Positions 12,499 to 26,484 of a DNA stretch of 64,000 bases are shown here, in pieces; the stretch's first letter is position 1; each line of letters opens with the position of its first letter. The translations under genes were made by a program, and so were the position numbers. A model generated the notes under the pieces. It did not search any database. It was not told where the DNA came from and saw nothing but the letters and a program-made list of their open reading frames with translations. Origin of the DNA: Eledone cirrhosa (taxonomy: Eukaryota); contig OZ024761.1 of assembly GCA_964016885.1 (NCBI GenBank), positions 20,832,001 to 20,896,000 on the forward strand, read 5' to 3'.

Positions 12499-12631
12499 AG
12501 TTGGTGAAAATTGTCAAAATATGGACTCCAAATATATAAATAAATAAATAAATATATCTTCATCAAAGCATGGCATCCGACCCTCTACTGATACTGCCAA
12601 TCCACCGCCCTTTCATATATATATAAATATG

Positions 12632-12689
<58 letters not shown>

Positions 12690-12883
12690 TATATGAATAT
12701 ATACCTGGCTAAGTACAGCTTTGATCTGTTATGACTTGTTCAACATTTACTAACGAGGAAATCAGACGCATGAGGATAATGATGCTAGCGATGATGATGG
12801 TGATGATGCTAGCGATGATGGCGCCCACCATGATGGTGATGATGCTAAAGTCTGCAATATAAATGGACATTGTGCCAAGATAA

Positions 12884-13204
12884 GGGTGGTGGTGGGTGGT
12901 TGTGGTGTTGGTGGTAGTGGTGGTGGTGGTGGTGGTGGGTAGTGGTGTGGTGGTGGTGGTAGTGGTGGTGGTGGGTGGTTGTGGTGGTGGTAGTGGTGGT
13001 GGTGGTGGTGGTGGGTAGTGGTGTGGTGGTGGTGGTAGTGGTGGTGGTGGGTGGTTGTGGTGGTGGTAGTGGTGGTGGTGGTGGGTAGTGGTGTGGTGGT
13101 GGTGGTGGTGGTAGTGGTGGTGGTGGTAGTGGTAGTGGTGGTGGTAGTGGTGGTGGTGGTAGTGGTGTGGTGGTGGTGGTGGTGGTGGTAGTGGTGGTGG
13201 TGTG
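12884..13204. repeat. (GGT)n trinucleotide array
   Basis: Directly visible. Confidence 0.95.
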
Positions 13205-13924
13205 TGGAATTCCCTGACTCTGCATAAATAAGCTGACATTTAAACCTGACTTTTAGCTGCAGTGAAAACTGTTGATCTTCGTTAAGTAAATGGTTAGCTT
13301 CCTTTGGACGGCTTACTCAGGTATTTCGAGAAAACTAAATACCATTTATTTCACCTGTAAAGCTTAGTTGGTTCGTTAGTTGGTTAGTTCACCTGTAAAA
13401 GTGTCTTCAACTGACAATGGTACAGACTCCCTCTGTCTTCTTCTGCAGATGGGTTTGGTTTGGTGGTACTGGATGGATGGTTAGAGAGAGGGGGGTGGAA
13501 GTGGGGAGACAGGTGAGAGAGAGAAGGGGAAAGTGGGAGGAGAGAGAGGAGGTGAGAGGGAGGAGAGAGGAGTGGAGAGACAGGAAGAGGGGAGACAGGT
13601 GAGAGAGTGGGACAGAGAGAGAGAAGGGGAAAGTGGGAGGAGAGGGAGAAAGAGGGAATGAGTGAGAGACAGGGTAAAGTAGAAAGAGTTGGAGAGAGAG
13701 AGAGAGAGCAAGGGAGAGAGAGGGGAAAAGTCAGAGGTAGGAGGAGAGAGAGAGCAGGAAGAGAGAGGTGTGTTAATCTCCCACAGAGATTAATCTACTC
13801 CTCCCACCACACCTCTCACCCCTCTCACCTGTTTCTTCTCTTAATGCCAATCAAAGATTGTACAAAATATTTTCAGTTATTAACTCAAGCTCATCGATTT
13901 CTTTCTCACAGCACAGCTGTGTGT

Positions 13925-14147
13925 GTATATATATACTGTATATATATATATATATACTGTATATATATATATATATATACTGTATATATATATATACTGT
14001 ATATATATATATATATACTGTATATATATATATACTGTATATATATATATACTGTATATATATATATACAGTATATATATATACTGTATATATATATATA
14101 CTGTATATGTATATATACAGTATATATATATACTGTATATATATATA

Positions 14148-14187
<40 letters not shown>

Positions 14188-14700
14188 TGTATATATATAC
14201 AGTATATATATATATATACTGTATATATATATATACTGTATATATATATATACTGTATATATATACTGTATATATATATATACTGTATATATATATATAT
14301 ATACTGTATATATATACTGTATATATATACTGTATATATATATATATATACTGTATATATATATATATATATACTGTATATATATACTGTATATATATAT
14401 ATATATACTGTATATATATACTGTATATATATATATACTGTATATATATATATACTGTATATATACTGTATATATATATACTGTATATATACTGTATATA
14501 TATATATATATACAGTATATATACAGTATATATATATACAGTATATATATATATATATACAGTATATATACAGTATATATATATACTGTATATATATATA
14601 TACTGTATATATACTGCATATATATATACTGTATATATACTGCATATATATATATATATACAGTATATATATACTGTATATATTCTGCATATATATATAT

Positions 14701-14731
<31 letters not shown>

Positions 14732-14829
14732 TTCTGCATATATATATATATGTATATATATGCAGAATATATATATATATATATATACAGTATATATATA
14801 CAGTATATATATATATATATGTATATATG

Positions 14830-14889
<60 letters not shown>

Positions 14890-15058
14890 GTATATATATA
14901 CAGTATATATATATATATATGTATATATGTATATATATATATATGTATATATACATATGCACATATATATGTATACACGCAGTGACCATCTACCTGTACA
15001 GTTTAGCCAACTGGCATGCTGCTTTGGCTTAGTTGTCTGTACTTTTAAATTAACACAG

Positions 15059-15097
<39 letters not shown>

Positions 15098-15142
15098 TAT
15101 TTATATATGAGGTGTATATATATATACACATATATATTTATA

Positions 15143-15192
<50 letters not shown>

Positions 15193-15218
15193 GTGTGTAT
15201 ATATATATATATAAGGTG

Positions 15219-15311
<93 letters not shown>
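13925..15311. repeat. (TA)n array interrupted by CTG/CAG
   Basis: Directly visible. Confidence 0.95.
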
Positions 15312-15314
<3 letters not shown>

Positions 15315-15374
15315 CGATCGTTCACTGAAGTTATTTTATCATTTTTCCACCCCTTTCTTACAACTGCCATTATT

Positions 15375-15860
15375 ACAACCACCACCGCCACCTCCACCTC
15401 CACCACTACCACAACCTCCACCACCATACTACCACCACCACCTCCACCACCATACTACCACCACCACCACCTCCACCACCACCACCACTCTATCACCACC
15501 ACCACCACCACCGCCACCTCCACCTCCACCACTACCACAACCTCCACCACCACCTCCACCACCACCACCACCACTACCACCACCACCTCCACCACCACCA
15601 CCACTCTACCACCACTACCACAACCACCACCACCACCAACACCACCACCACGACCACCACTCTACCTCCACCACCATACTACCACCACCACCTCCACCAC
15701 CTCCACCACTACCACCACCTCCACCACCATACTACCACCACCTCCACCACCACCACCACCACCTCCACCACCACTCTACCACCTCCACCACCACTCTACC
15801 ACCACCACCACCACCACTACCACCACCACCACCACCAACACCACCACCATCATCATTACC
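15375..15860. repeat. (ACC)n trinucleotide array
   Basis: Directly visible. Confidence 0.95.
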
Positions 15861-16256
15861 ATCTTTTTATTCAGACAGTCAAATTTTTCGATTATTAATT
15901 AGCCAAAGAAACAAGTCGTTAGTTCTGGTTGCTATAGCCAGCTAGTTGTATATTTGTAGTATTATTAGTAGTAGTAGCAGCAGTAGTAGTAGCAGTAGTG
16001 GCAGTAGTAGTAGTAGTGGTAGTAGTAGTAGTAGCAGTAGCAATAGTGGTTGTACTTCATATAGATTTGTGTGGTTTTTCTTTATTGTTTAGGTTTTTGT
16101 TTATATTTGTTATTGTTGCTGCTGTTGTTGTTGTCGTCGTGGTTTTTTTTACTGCTCGTTAGTGTTGCACCCTGTGTGCAGACACGGTGTGCAATGTGTG
16201 TACAACTAGCAACCGTTTGAAATAGCAGATACAACAACAAATTGAAGTGAGTTGCA

Positions 16257-16321
<65 letters not shown>

Positions 16322-16434
16322 TTATATATATTTATATATATATTTATATATATATACATTTATATATATTTATATATAAATATATATAAATATATACATT
16401 CATAAATTTATATATATTTATATATAAATATATT

Positions 16435-16469
<35 letters not shown>

Positions 16470-16532
16470 ACATTTATATATATTTATATATAAATATATG
16501 TAAATATATACATTTATAAATTTTTATATATT

Positions 16533-16590
<58 letters not shown>

Positions 16591-16702
16591 TATAAATATA
16601 TATATATATAAATATATATATATAAATATATACATACATACATATATAAATTTATATATATATATATACATACACACACACAGTGCCTTGACATCACATC
16701 AC

Positions 16703-16743
<41 letters not shown>

Positions 16744-17768
16744 GTATATATATTGTGCATTTCAACTTTTTTCCTTTCCCCTTCCTCCCTTTTGTTAAAC
16801 TTTCTCTAATCATTCAACCAGAAACATTTTCACTGTTTGCTGCACATTCTGTGAAAATTTCCCACTGAATAGAATAGCATATTTTATATTTGTTTACTGA
16901 GGCATTTTATACCCTCTCTCTCTCTCCATCTCTCCCTCCATCTCTCTATCTCTCACCTTGAATCATCCTCACACCACACCTTCTCGTTAAACTTCCTCTA
17001 AACATTAATCCTGACTTTCCATTCGATATCTGGAAACACAACAGAACATATTAAAGAAATGAATGAACAAATTAAACATTTTTTTACATAAATAACATAA
17101 ATAACAAAAAATAAGTTAAGAAGGAAGTAAAAATTATTTTTAAAATACCACCAAACCACCCAAAACCACCCCAAAACCACCCCTAAACCACCCCCCAAAA
17201 CCATTTAAAACCACCATTCAAAAATTCCCGCAGAAATTTTACGAAAGTGATTGTTTTTTTTCACTTTCCTTCACTTAGTCTCCCCCCCTTTCTCTCTCTC
17301 TCTCTCTAAGTCAGGCAGAAAGGATTATTATGATTTAAGGATTTTAATTATAAAGCATGGCAAGTGTTGACATTGATGGAACTTCTGGAAGGTGTTGGCT
17401 GTCGCTGAGGTGGTCCGAGGTGGTCCAAGGTGGTCCGAGGTGGTCCGAGTTGGTTGGAGTTGGCTGTCGCTGAGGTGGTCCGAGGTGGTGGTTGTCAGTG
17501 AGTTAATCCGAGGAGATTGTCATCAGTGAGTTGATCCGAGGTGATGGTTGTCAGCAAGGTAATCCAAGGTGATCCGAGGTGATGGTCAATGTACTTTACC
17601 AGATGGCCGTCAAGAAGAAGAAAAAAGAAACTAAAAAAAAAAACAAAAAGCAAATACAAAGAAAAATTTTAAAAATAAAACAAGAAAATAAAATTCATTG
17701 GAATTAAAATTCCAAAGAAAAGAAACAGCTTAAATATTATTATTATTATTTACATCATCATCATCATT

Positions 17769-17846
17769 ATGAATACTGTGGTGAAGAGGAAGTCAACATA
17801 TACAGTTGACCCTGGGATATGTAAACATTGCTATAGACCCAACGTG
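17769..17846 (+). CDS. Candidate alternative first coding exon, MNTVVKRKSTYTVDPGICKHCYRPNV
   Basis: ATG 17769, 26 open codons of unique sequence, phase-0 donor GTG|GTAAGT at 17847. It follows about 1 kb of UTR-like sequence and has no obvious in-frame acceptor. Confidence 0.55.
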
Positions 17847-17894
17847 GTAAGTGAAGTCTTATATAATTAGTATTATTATTAGTATTAGTATTAT

Positions 17895-18112
17895 GGTGGT
17901 GGATTGGCAGAATCGGTAGAGCGTCGGACACCATGCTTTACAGCATAGAGTTACGGCCCTTTATGATCTGAGTTCAAATCTACCGAGGTTAACTTTGCCT
18001 TTCATCCTTACGGGGGTCGATAAAATAAAGTACCAGTCACACACTGGGGTCGATTTAATCGACTTTCCCCTCCCCCAAATTTGCTGGCCTCGTGCCTATA
18101 TAAGAAAGCATT
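17895..18112 (+). mobile_element. tRNA-derived SINE, second family, full length
   Basis: A box TGGCAGAATCGG, B box GAGTTCAAATC, central GCCTTTCATCCTTACGGGGGTCGATAAAATAAAGTACCAG (recalled as Meta-like, unverified) and an (ATT/AGT)n tail. Other copies lie at 23010-23195(-), 37168-37350(-), 48585-48780, 50960-51110, 51420-51545(-) and 53900-54120. Confidence 0.85.
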
Positions 18113-18234
18113 ATTAGTATTAGTAGTAGTAGTGGTAGTAGTATTAGTAGTAGTAGTAGTGGTAGTAGTAGTAGTGGTAGTAGTGGTAGTAGTATTAGTA
18201 TTTGAAACTTCCTTTGAATTCAGCTTCTTTCCCA

Positions 18235-18520
18235 AATCATGTCAAGTGTCAACCTGACACCTAATATTATAGTTAGAATAACTGGGAGCGGGTACTTTGC
18301 CCTAGCGGAGAGGGTAACCATAGCTTTTTGTGGGATTTCTGCACGAGTGACCCTTAGAATCTCCTCACCTTTGGGGAAGTTAAGTTTATTTTATTCAAAT
18401 GTTTATTTTTTTAGTCTCTGTTATAATAAATTTTATTTTACACAAACCCCACAACTGTATCGTCCTGTACTAGCTTTAAATGTCTCCTTAATGTGAGCCC
18501 TGTGTGGCTAATAAAGAAAC
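18235..18520 (+). mobile_element. Possible LINE 3' UTR remnant
   Basis: Unique sequence ending GAGCCCTGTGTGGCTAATAAAGAAA before a simple-repeat tail. No coding homology recognised. Confidence 0.3.
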
Positions 18521-18534
18521 CATCATTATTATTA

Positions 18535-20818
18535 TTAGCATTTAAACCAGCCATATCCGGCCAGAATTCTTGCACCTCTTTCTTTTCAAACCGGCTGTAA
18601 CTGGCCACTCATACAGATGTTAAGGTATTGTTCTCAAAATAAATAACATCAAAATCTCATAGATTCTATATTATGTGAGATATTATGTGTGGTAAAGCCT
18701 TTACTGTGAAAATACAATAGTATATATAGAGTAATGTAAATATTATGAGATATTATGGGAGATAAAGCCTTTACTGTGAAAATACAATAGTATATATAGA
18801 GTAATGTAAATATTATGAGATATTATGTGAGATAAAGCCTTTACTGTGAAAATACAATAGTATATATAGAGTAATGTAAATGTTATGTGAGATATTATGT
18901 GAGGTAAAGCCTTTACTGTGAAAATACAATAGTATATATAGAGTAATGTAAATGTTATGTGAGATATTATGTGAGGTAAAGCCTTTACTGTGAAAACACA
19001 ATAGTATATATAGAGTAATGTAAATGTTATGTGAGATATTATGTGAGGTAAAGCCTTTACTGTGAAAACACAATAGTATATATAGAGTAATGTAAATGTT
19101 ATGTGAGATATTATGTGAGGTAAAGCCTTTACTGTGAAAATACAATAGTATATATAGAGTAATGTAAATGTTATGTGAGATATTATGTGAGGTAAAGCCT
19201 TTACTGTGAAAATACAATAGTATATATAGAGTAATGTAAATGTTATGTGAGATATTATGTGAGGTAAAGCCTTTACTGTGAAAATACAATAGTATATATA
19301 GAGTAATGTAAATGTTATGTGAGATATTATGTGAGATAAAGACTTTACTGTGAAAATACAATAGTATATATAGAGTAATGTAAATGTTATGTAAGGTAAA
19401 GCCTTTACTGTGAAAATACAATAGTATATATAGAGTAATGTAAATGTTATGTGAGATATTATGTGAGGTAAAGCCTTTACTGTGAAAACACAATAGTATA
19501 TATAGAGTAATGTAAATGTTATGTGAGATATTATGTGAGGTAAAGCCTTTACTGTGAAAATACAATAGTATATATAGAGTAATGTAAATGTTATGTGAGA
19601 TATTATGTGTGGTAAAGCCTTTACTGTGAAAATACAATAGTATATATAGAGTAATGTAAATATTATGAGATATTATGTGAGATAAAGCCTTTACTGTGAA
19701 AATACAATAGTATATATAGAGTAATGTAAATATTATGAGATATTATGTGAGATAAAGCCTTTACTGTGAAAATACAATAGTATATATAGAGTAATGTAAA
19801 TGTTATGTGAGATATTATGTGAGGTAAAGCCTTTACTGTGAAAATACAATAGTATATATAGAGTAATGTAAATGTTATGTGAGATATTATGTGAGATAAA
19901 GACTTTACTGTGAAAATACAATAGTATATATAGAGTAATGTAAATGTTATGTGAGATATTATGTGAGGTAAAGCCTTTACTGTGAAAACACAATAGTATA
20001 TATAGAGTAATGTAAATGTTATGTGAGATATTATGTGAGGTAAAGCCTTTACTGTGAAAACACAATAGTATATATAGAGTAATGTAAATGTTATGTGAGA
20101 TATTATGTGTGGTAAAGCCTTTACTGTGAAAATACAATAGTATATATAGAGTAATGTAAATATTATGAGATATTATGTGAGATAAAGCCTTTACTGTGAA
20201 AATACAATAGTATATATAGAGTAATGTAAATATTATGAGATATTATGTGAGATAAAGCCTTTACTGTGAAAATACAATAGTATATATAGAGTAATGTAAA
20301 TGTTATGTGAGATATTATGTGAGGTAAAGCCTTTACTGTGAAAATACAATAGTATATATAGAGTAATGTAAATGTTATGTGAGATATTATGTGAGATAAA
20401 GACTTTACTGTGAAAATACAATAGTATATATAGAGTAATGTAAATGTTATGTGAGATATTATGTGAGGTAAAGCCTTTACTGTGAAAACACAATAGTATA
20501 TATAGAGTAATGTAAATGTTATGTGAGATATTATGTGAGGTAAAGCCTTTACTGTGAAAACACAATAGTATATATAGAGTAATGTAAATGTTATGTGAGA
20601 TATTATGTGAGGTAAAGCCTTTACTGTGAAAATACAATAGTATATATAGAGTAATGTAAATGTTATGTGAGATATTATGTGAGGTAAAGCCTTTACTGTG
20701 AAAACACAATAGTATATATAGAGTAATGTAAATGTTATGTGAGATATTATGTGAGGTAAAGCCTTTACTGTGAAAACACAATAGTATATATAGAGTAATG
20801 TAACTGCTAAAAGGTTAA
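18535..20818 (+). mobile_element. MITE family A copy containing about 30 units of a 72-bp satellite (18670-20800)
   Basis: Left end TTAGCATTTAAACCAGCCATATCCGGCCAGAATTCT, right end GTAACTGCTAAAAGGTTAA. Unit GTAAAGCCTTTACTGTGAAAATACAATAGTATATATAGAGTAATGTAAATGTTATGTGAGATATTATGTGAG. Confidence 0.9.
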
Positions 20819-21124
20819 GGGGTTGATAAAATGAAGTACCAGTAATGCATTTGGTTCTGCCTGCCACTGGTACCATATAACCCAGTATGACCTGCTTCAT
20901 AGTCGAGTGGTCTGTGACTAAACTGGCTCCCTCACTAGGGCCTGGTCTGGTGAAGAAAGTCAGGGTAGGTGGCCTTGCATCACTGGTCAAGGAGGGCAAC
21001 TGTACTTGGTCACTTTATGGTCTTCACACTGGATTAAGATTATCATAAGTAATATCTGTCTGTCTGTCGGTTATGTCTAGCTCCCCCACCCCTGGGGTGA
21101 TAAATTGATTCATCAGTTAGTCTG

Positions 21125-21290
21125 AGATGCTGACATTTGCTTTACTTTCCAGCCTTAATTTGTTGTGGTCTGGTTTCCTATCCAGGCGTGTTGTTTCTCT
21201 CAGTTGTATGCCAACACTTGCTTTACTTTCCAGCTTTAACTTGTGATGGACTGGTGTCCTATCCAGGGGTGGTGGTGTTACTCTGTCGTG
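21125..21290 (+). mobile_element. Two tandem fragments with a V-domain-like SINE motif
   Basis: TGTGATGGACTGGTGTCCTATCCAGGG resembles the recalled V-SINE core. The segment is duplicated with an 81-bp period. Confidence 0.4.
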
Positions 21291-22599
21291 GTCTTTTACA
21301 AATGTCCTGCCCAGGCTTGTGGTCACAATCATAACACTGTGAGTTCAATCTCTGGAGCAGGCAGCGTTTCACTTTCTTGAATAAGGAGGCATCTTGTTTT
21401 ACTTGGCTTTTTAAGAATTTCTTGTTAATGCGGCTTTGTGTGGTAGAGGACATTATGAGCTAATGTGATGAAAGCTAAGATGAAAGCTGGGGTACCTTAA
21501 TCAATATGTGAGACATCTCTCTTAGAGACAACTGAAACACAAGATGTGATGCAATGAAGCGTGTCTGCCAAGTTTATCTCATCCATGGTTGTTGCTTCAC
21601 TACTTCAGACAATGTCTGTTGCTTGACTTGCAAGGAACAGATGATGTCAGGGAGTGCTACGTCAGCAGGGTTGCTGCTGCTGCTGTTGTTGCTGTTGTTG
21701 CTAGTGTTGTTGCTGCTGCTGTTGTTGCTAGTGTTGTTGTTGCTGCTGTTGCTGCTTCAAAGGCCCTTGTTATAGATTTTAGATATTGTATGTTGATCAC
21801 CCTGTCTCTCTCTCCCCCTGTCCCCCTCTCTCTCTGCTTTTCTATTTCTCTCTCTTCACCATCTCCCCCCCCCCCCCTCCCTTCCTTTCTCAAGATATGG
21901 CATCTCAATATATGTATATTCTTTCTTCCCCCGTCTCCCCCTCTCTCCATGCCCCCCTCTCTCCCTGTCGCCCTCTCTCTCTCTGCTATTCTATCTCTCT
22001 CTCTTTACCATACAAAACCCTCCCACCGCCTCACCCCCAACCCCTCTCCGCAACCCCACCATTTCACCCTCCACCACCTTCACCCCAGCCCTCACCCCCA
22101 CCCCCTATCCCGCCCTTCCTCAAGATTCGACATCTCAATATATACCCCCCCTCCCGTTCTCTCTTTACCACCTCATCCCCACCCACATCGCTTCTCCCGC
22201 TTTCTCAAGATATGACATCTCAATATATTCCTATATATTCCTCTCTCTCTCTCTCTCTTTACCACCTCATCCCAACCTCCACCCCTATCCTGTCCTTTCT
22301 CAACATATCACATCTCAATATATTCCTCTCTCTCTCCCTGTTAACACATCACAACCATCTGTTATCACCATTTATCTCTCCATTGTCCTCACGGCTACCA
22401 AAGACATCAATCTCTCCATTACACTTTTACTTTATCTCAAACAATATAAATATTTATTAAATTTAAAAAAAAAACTTTCTCTACGAAATATTTTAAATAT
22501 TTTACATTGATTGCTAAAAAATACATTTTATAAAGCACTTTAGAATTAGATTCAGCCCCAAAAAACAAACCCAAACAATTCTTGTTTTAAATACTTTCA

Positions 22600-23545
22600 G
22601 GATTATATTTCTAATGAAAGACACTGTTTATGGTTTTCAAATAATTTTGAAAATAATTAAAAATTTAGAAGGATTTAGTAATAAAACTTTCTCATTATTA
22701 AGCTAGTGTTTGGAACATAACTTAAGAATGGTTTTTAGATAAATATAAAACATTTTAACCATTTTCATTACCATATTTCTAATGAAAGACATTGTCAATG
22801 TTTTTTAAATAATTTTGAAAATAATTAAAAATTCAGGATTTAATAATAAAACTAACTTTCTCATTATTAAGATGGTATTTGGAACAACTTAACAAAGGTT
22901 TTTGCACAAAAAAATTAACCGTTTCATAACCATATTTCTATTGAAAATTAATACTGATGATTATCAGATAATTGTGAAAATAATCAAGAATTTTGAGGGA
23001 TTTAATAATTGTTTCTACTTTTGGCACAAGGCCAGCAATTATCCCAGTGTATTACTGGTACTTTATTTTATCGATCTCGTAAGGATGAAAGGCAAAGTTA
23101 ACCTCGACGAGATTTGAACTCAGAATGGCGAGGGCCATAACTCTATGCATCAAAGCATGGCGTCCGACCCTCTACCGATACTGCCAATCCACTTTAATAA
23201 TAAAACTTTCTCAGTATTAAGCTGGTGTTTGGGACATAATAAAGGTTTTTGTATAGAATTGTGATGGATGGTTTTTAGATAAATCTAAAACATTTTAATA
23301 CTTTCGTTACCATATTTCTAATGAAAGACACTGTCTATGTCATTAAGACTTTTGTTACCATATTTCTAATGAAAGACACTGTCTATGTCATTAAGACTTT
23401 TGTTACCATATTTCTAATGAAAGACACTGTCTATGTCATTAAAACTTTCGTTACCATATTTCTAATGAAAGACACTGTCAACGGTTTTCAAATAATTTTG
23501 AAAATAGTTTAGAATTTTGAGGGATTTAATAATAAAACTGACTTT
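22600..23545 (+). mobile_element. AT-rich MITE family B copies, including a 39-bp internal tandem repeat (23300-23480) and a nested SINE
   Basis: Repeated TTACCATATTTCTAATGAAAGACACTGTC...AATAATTTTGAAAATAAT...AAGCTGGTGTTTGGAACATAACTTAAC. Inverse copies lie at 49480-50210 and 50870-51367, and direct copies at 52995-53330 with TTAACCCTTT ends. Confidence 0.7.
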
Positions 23546-23571
23546 GAGAGTTTCCTAATCCTCATTCAAAA

Positions 23572-23808
23572 CCAGGTAGACCTATAGCTTGTCACTCTCT
23601 CTTATTCCTTGTTTGAAATCCAACTCCAGGTAGGCCTATGGCTTTTCACTCCCTCTTATTCCTTGTATCTCACCTGGAGTTTGAGATCCAACTCCAGGTA
23701 GACCTATAGCTTGTCACTCCCTCTTATTCCTTGTATCTCACCTGGAGTTTGAGATCCAACTCCAGGTAGGCCTATGGCTTGTCACTCCCTCTTATTCCTT
23801 GTATCTCA
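23572..23808. repeat. 68-bp tandem repeat (about 3.5 units)
   Basis: CCAGGTAG(A/G)CCTAT(A/G)GCTTGTCACTCCCTCTTATTCCTTG at 23572, 23626, 23694 and 23762. Confidence 0.9.
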
Positions 23809-23920
23809 TATTTTTCTTTCTTGGTCTTTGGTGTAGACAAAGGTGTGACTTATATATGAAGTGTAGAGACTGTGTGTGGAGTGTGTGTGTGTGTGGAGTG
23901 TGTGTGTGTATATATATATA

Positions 23921-23971
<51 letters not shown>

Positions 23972-23975
<4 letters not shown>

Positions 23976-24126
23976 AAAGTTCTATTTAAAATTGTTGGGA
24001 TACAACAAGTAAATATTTTATATCTGATATAAAGCACTCGACAAGTTTTTGGAGTAGATATACGATATTAAATAAATGGAAACTATATTTTATAAATATA
24101 GTTTCCATTTATTTAATATCGTATAT
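23972..24126 (+). repeat. TA-tract-associated repeat ending in a perfect 33-bp-arm hairpin
   Basis: Arms 24058-24090 and 24094-24126 with loop TAT. A homologous copy without the second arm lies at 43132-43255. Confidence 0.8.
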
Positions 24127-24576
24127 ATATATATGTATATATTTGTGTGTGTGTGTGGTGTGTTTGTGTGTATATATATCTATATATGTATGTATGTATA
24201 AACGTATTTATGTACATAGTACATATGTATATGCATTTGTATGTCAGTCAGTCTGTTCTACAACTAGCTATAGATTTTCAGCCAATCAGTGAGCTCCGTT
24301 ACATTAACTGCTCTACTCTTACACATAATCTTTTATAAATAGTTTCATCCTAACATTTACATTTATATAGTAACCATGACATAAATAATATATATGTGTG
24401 TGTGTTTGTGTGGGTGTGTGAGCGTGTGTGTGTGTGTGTGTTTGTGTGTGTTTGTGTGTGAGTGTGTGAGCGTGTGTATGTGTGTGTTTGTTTGTGGTGA
24501 GCGTGTGTGTGTGTGTGTGTGTTTGTGTGTGTGAGTGTGTGAGCGTGTGTATGTGTGTGTTTGTTTGTGTGTGAGC

Positions 24577-24607
<31 letters not shown>

Positions 24608-25067
24608 AGCGTGTGCGTGTGTGAATGTGTGTGTGTGTGTTTGTGTGTGTGAGTGTGTGAGCGTGTGTATGTGTGTGTGTGTTTGTATGTGTGTGTGTGC
24701 AATGACAAACAATTTGTTCAACCTATGCAAGCATGGAACAGCAGATATAAAATGATGATAGACACATACACATATATATGTATATACACACACACACATA
24801 TATATAAACAACACACATATGTTTACGCGCACACACATATATGTATATACACACACATATATGTCTTCATATACACACACACATATATGTATATACACAC
24901 ACATGTCTTCATACACACACATATATATATATATACATATACATATACGTATACACACACACGCATATACAGTTCGCAAGTATGAAAAGATAACACAGTA
25001 GTTTTATTTTTTAAGATATATTTATCAAACTTGGGTCAGTTTGTCTTCATGACTTGTTCTTTTGATC

Positions 25068-25866
25068 TCACTCGATAAACCCGCCATTGGCTTTGATGAC
25101 GGCCTCAAGGCGGCCTCGGAACCAGCTACAGGCCTTTGTCACTGTCCCCCGACTTAGGCCTTAAAGGCACTTGTGATCCTGGCCTTCAGATCGTCTTTCA
25201 TATTGCAGCTAGATCTGTTGGTGTCTCGTTCGACTGCGCCCCACACAAAGAAGTCGAGCAGGTTGCAGTCAGACGAGCTGGGAAGCCAGATGTCAGGTGA
25301 AATGTGGTCAACAAAGTTCTCTGACAGGCGGGCTTGGGTCTTTCAGCTGGTATGGCAGGGCGCTGAGTCTTGCTGCCACACATACGGCCTACCTGCAGCT
25401 ACCTGGTCAATCCAGGGCTTTACTACCTTGCTCAGAACGCAGATATAGCCATCGGTGTTCAGCTTGAGGCCCTCAGGGAAGAAGTGAGGTGGCATGACGT
25501 CACCTTTACTGCTGACGACACCTAAGACCAATGTTGTCGCTGGAAACTTTGTCTGCATGACTCTGGGCACGTCTTTGGATGAGACAGCGAGCCACCTGTT
25601 GTTCTGGGAGTTGATCTTCTGGTCTTATTTGTCCTCCCAGCGCAGATTCCAAGAAGAACTCCGTGTCTCTTCCACAAATTTGGAGGTTCAAAATTATTCA
25701 TAATCAATTATTATGAAAATAAATAATGGAAATATAGTCATGATGATGATGATGATGATGATGATAGTCACTATTTTTATGAAGACAAGAGTGACAACAG
25801 AAGTAAAATAAATTTGCATAAAATTAGCAGTTGAAAATTGTGAACAAATATCATCCGTACCCTGTA
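25068..25866 (-). mobile_element. Internally deleted, inactivated Tc1/mariner transposon of the DD37D (maT) type
   Basis: The minus strand gives MNNFEPPNLWKRHGVLLGICAGRT / deletion / DQKINSQNNRWLA...WQQDSAPCHTS*KTQ...WLPSSSDCNLLDFFVWGAVE...RLEAVIKANGGFIE*. I count 37 residues between the second and third Asp. There is an internal stop, and a TIR-like TACAGGGTACGG end at about 25866. Confidence 0.85.
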
Positions 25867-26186
25867 TATATACACACACATTTATGTATACATACCCACA
25901 TACACATATATACACACACTCATACATACACACACTTCTCTTACTCCCAGTTTATCACAACAATCTCTTCAGTTTATCACAACAATCACTTATTCGTCAC
26001 CCTATTATAATATTAAACTGAGCTTTCTACCATGCCCTATACTACACAGTCTTCCAGAATATTCTACAATATTCTACCATGCCCTATACTACACAGTCTT
26101 CTACAATATTCTACCATGTTCTGTTCTACACAGATTTCTAGATCTTTCTACCATGTTCTATATTTTATACTACACAGGCTTATAGC

Positions 26187-26484
26187 TAGGGTTGGATATA
26201 GACCTTGGGGGGCAGGGCCCTTCAGGTTTGGGTGACCCTTCATACACAAAAAAATTAGAATACACAACAAACCCCCACAATTTTATGTATGAAAGTTACC
26301 TTAGTACAAGTAATTGGAATTGAGAAGTTATACATACAGGTATTAAATTAAAAACATCTAACCATCCTAAAACTAAAAAGCCCAGCTGAGGGCACAAATA
26401 AATTGCTACAGCCATAACTGGTTGGGTCCCCCACTGAAGGGGCCCTGCGCCAATTGGCCTTCCCCCCTATTAAATCCAGCCCTG
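26187..26484. mobile_element. hAT-like MITE
   Basis: Degenerate TIRs TAGGGTTGGATATA / TAAATCCAGCCCTG with subterminal GGGCCC motifs. Confidence 0.55.

Noticed and set aside
12709-13239. Poly-Pro/His/Thr/Val ORFs here and at 15.1-15.9, 27.8-28.9, 44.3-44.8, 47.3-47.7 and 55.8-57.7 kb
   Set aside because: These are (ACC/GGT)n arrays with no splice or codon evidence; they are not extensin or mucin genes.
13430-13480. Acceptor-like ctctgtcttcttctgcAG at 13448
   Set aside because: It is followed by GA-rich low-complexity sequence with no coding-like content.
17357-17473. ATG-initiated short frame MASVDIDGTSGRCW... with GAGGTGGTCC decamer repeats
   Set aside because: It terminates without a good donor; at most a uORF in the putative 5' UTR of the 17769 exon.
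18670-20800. CRISPR-like appearance of the regular arrays (also 1-484, 32358-33338 and 44890-47290)
   Set aside because: They are head-to-tail repeats without unique spacers, with no cas genes, in a eukaryotic context.
20820-21100. GC-richer unique stretch (similar stretch at 35910-36242)
   Set aside because: No splice-bounded frame or recognisable protein motif; probably old retroelement UTR fragments that I cannot assign.
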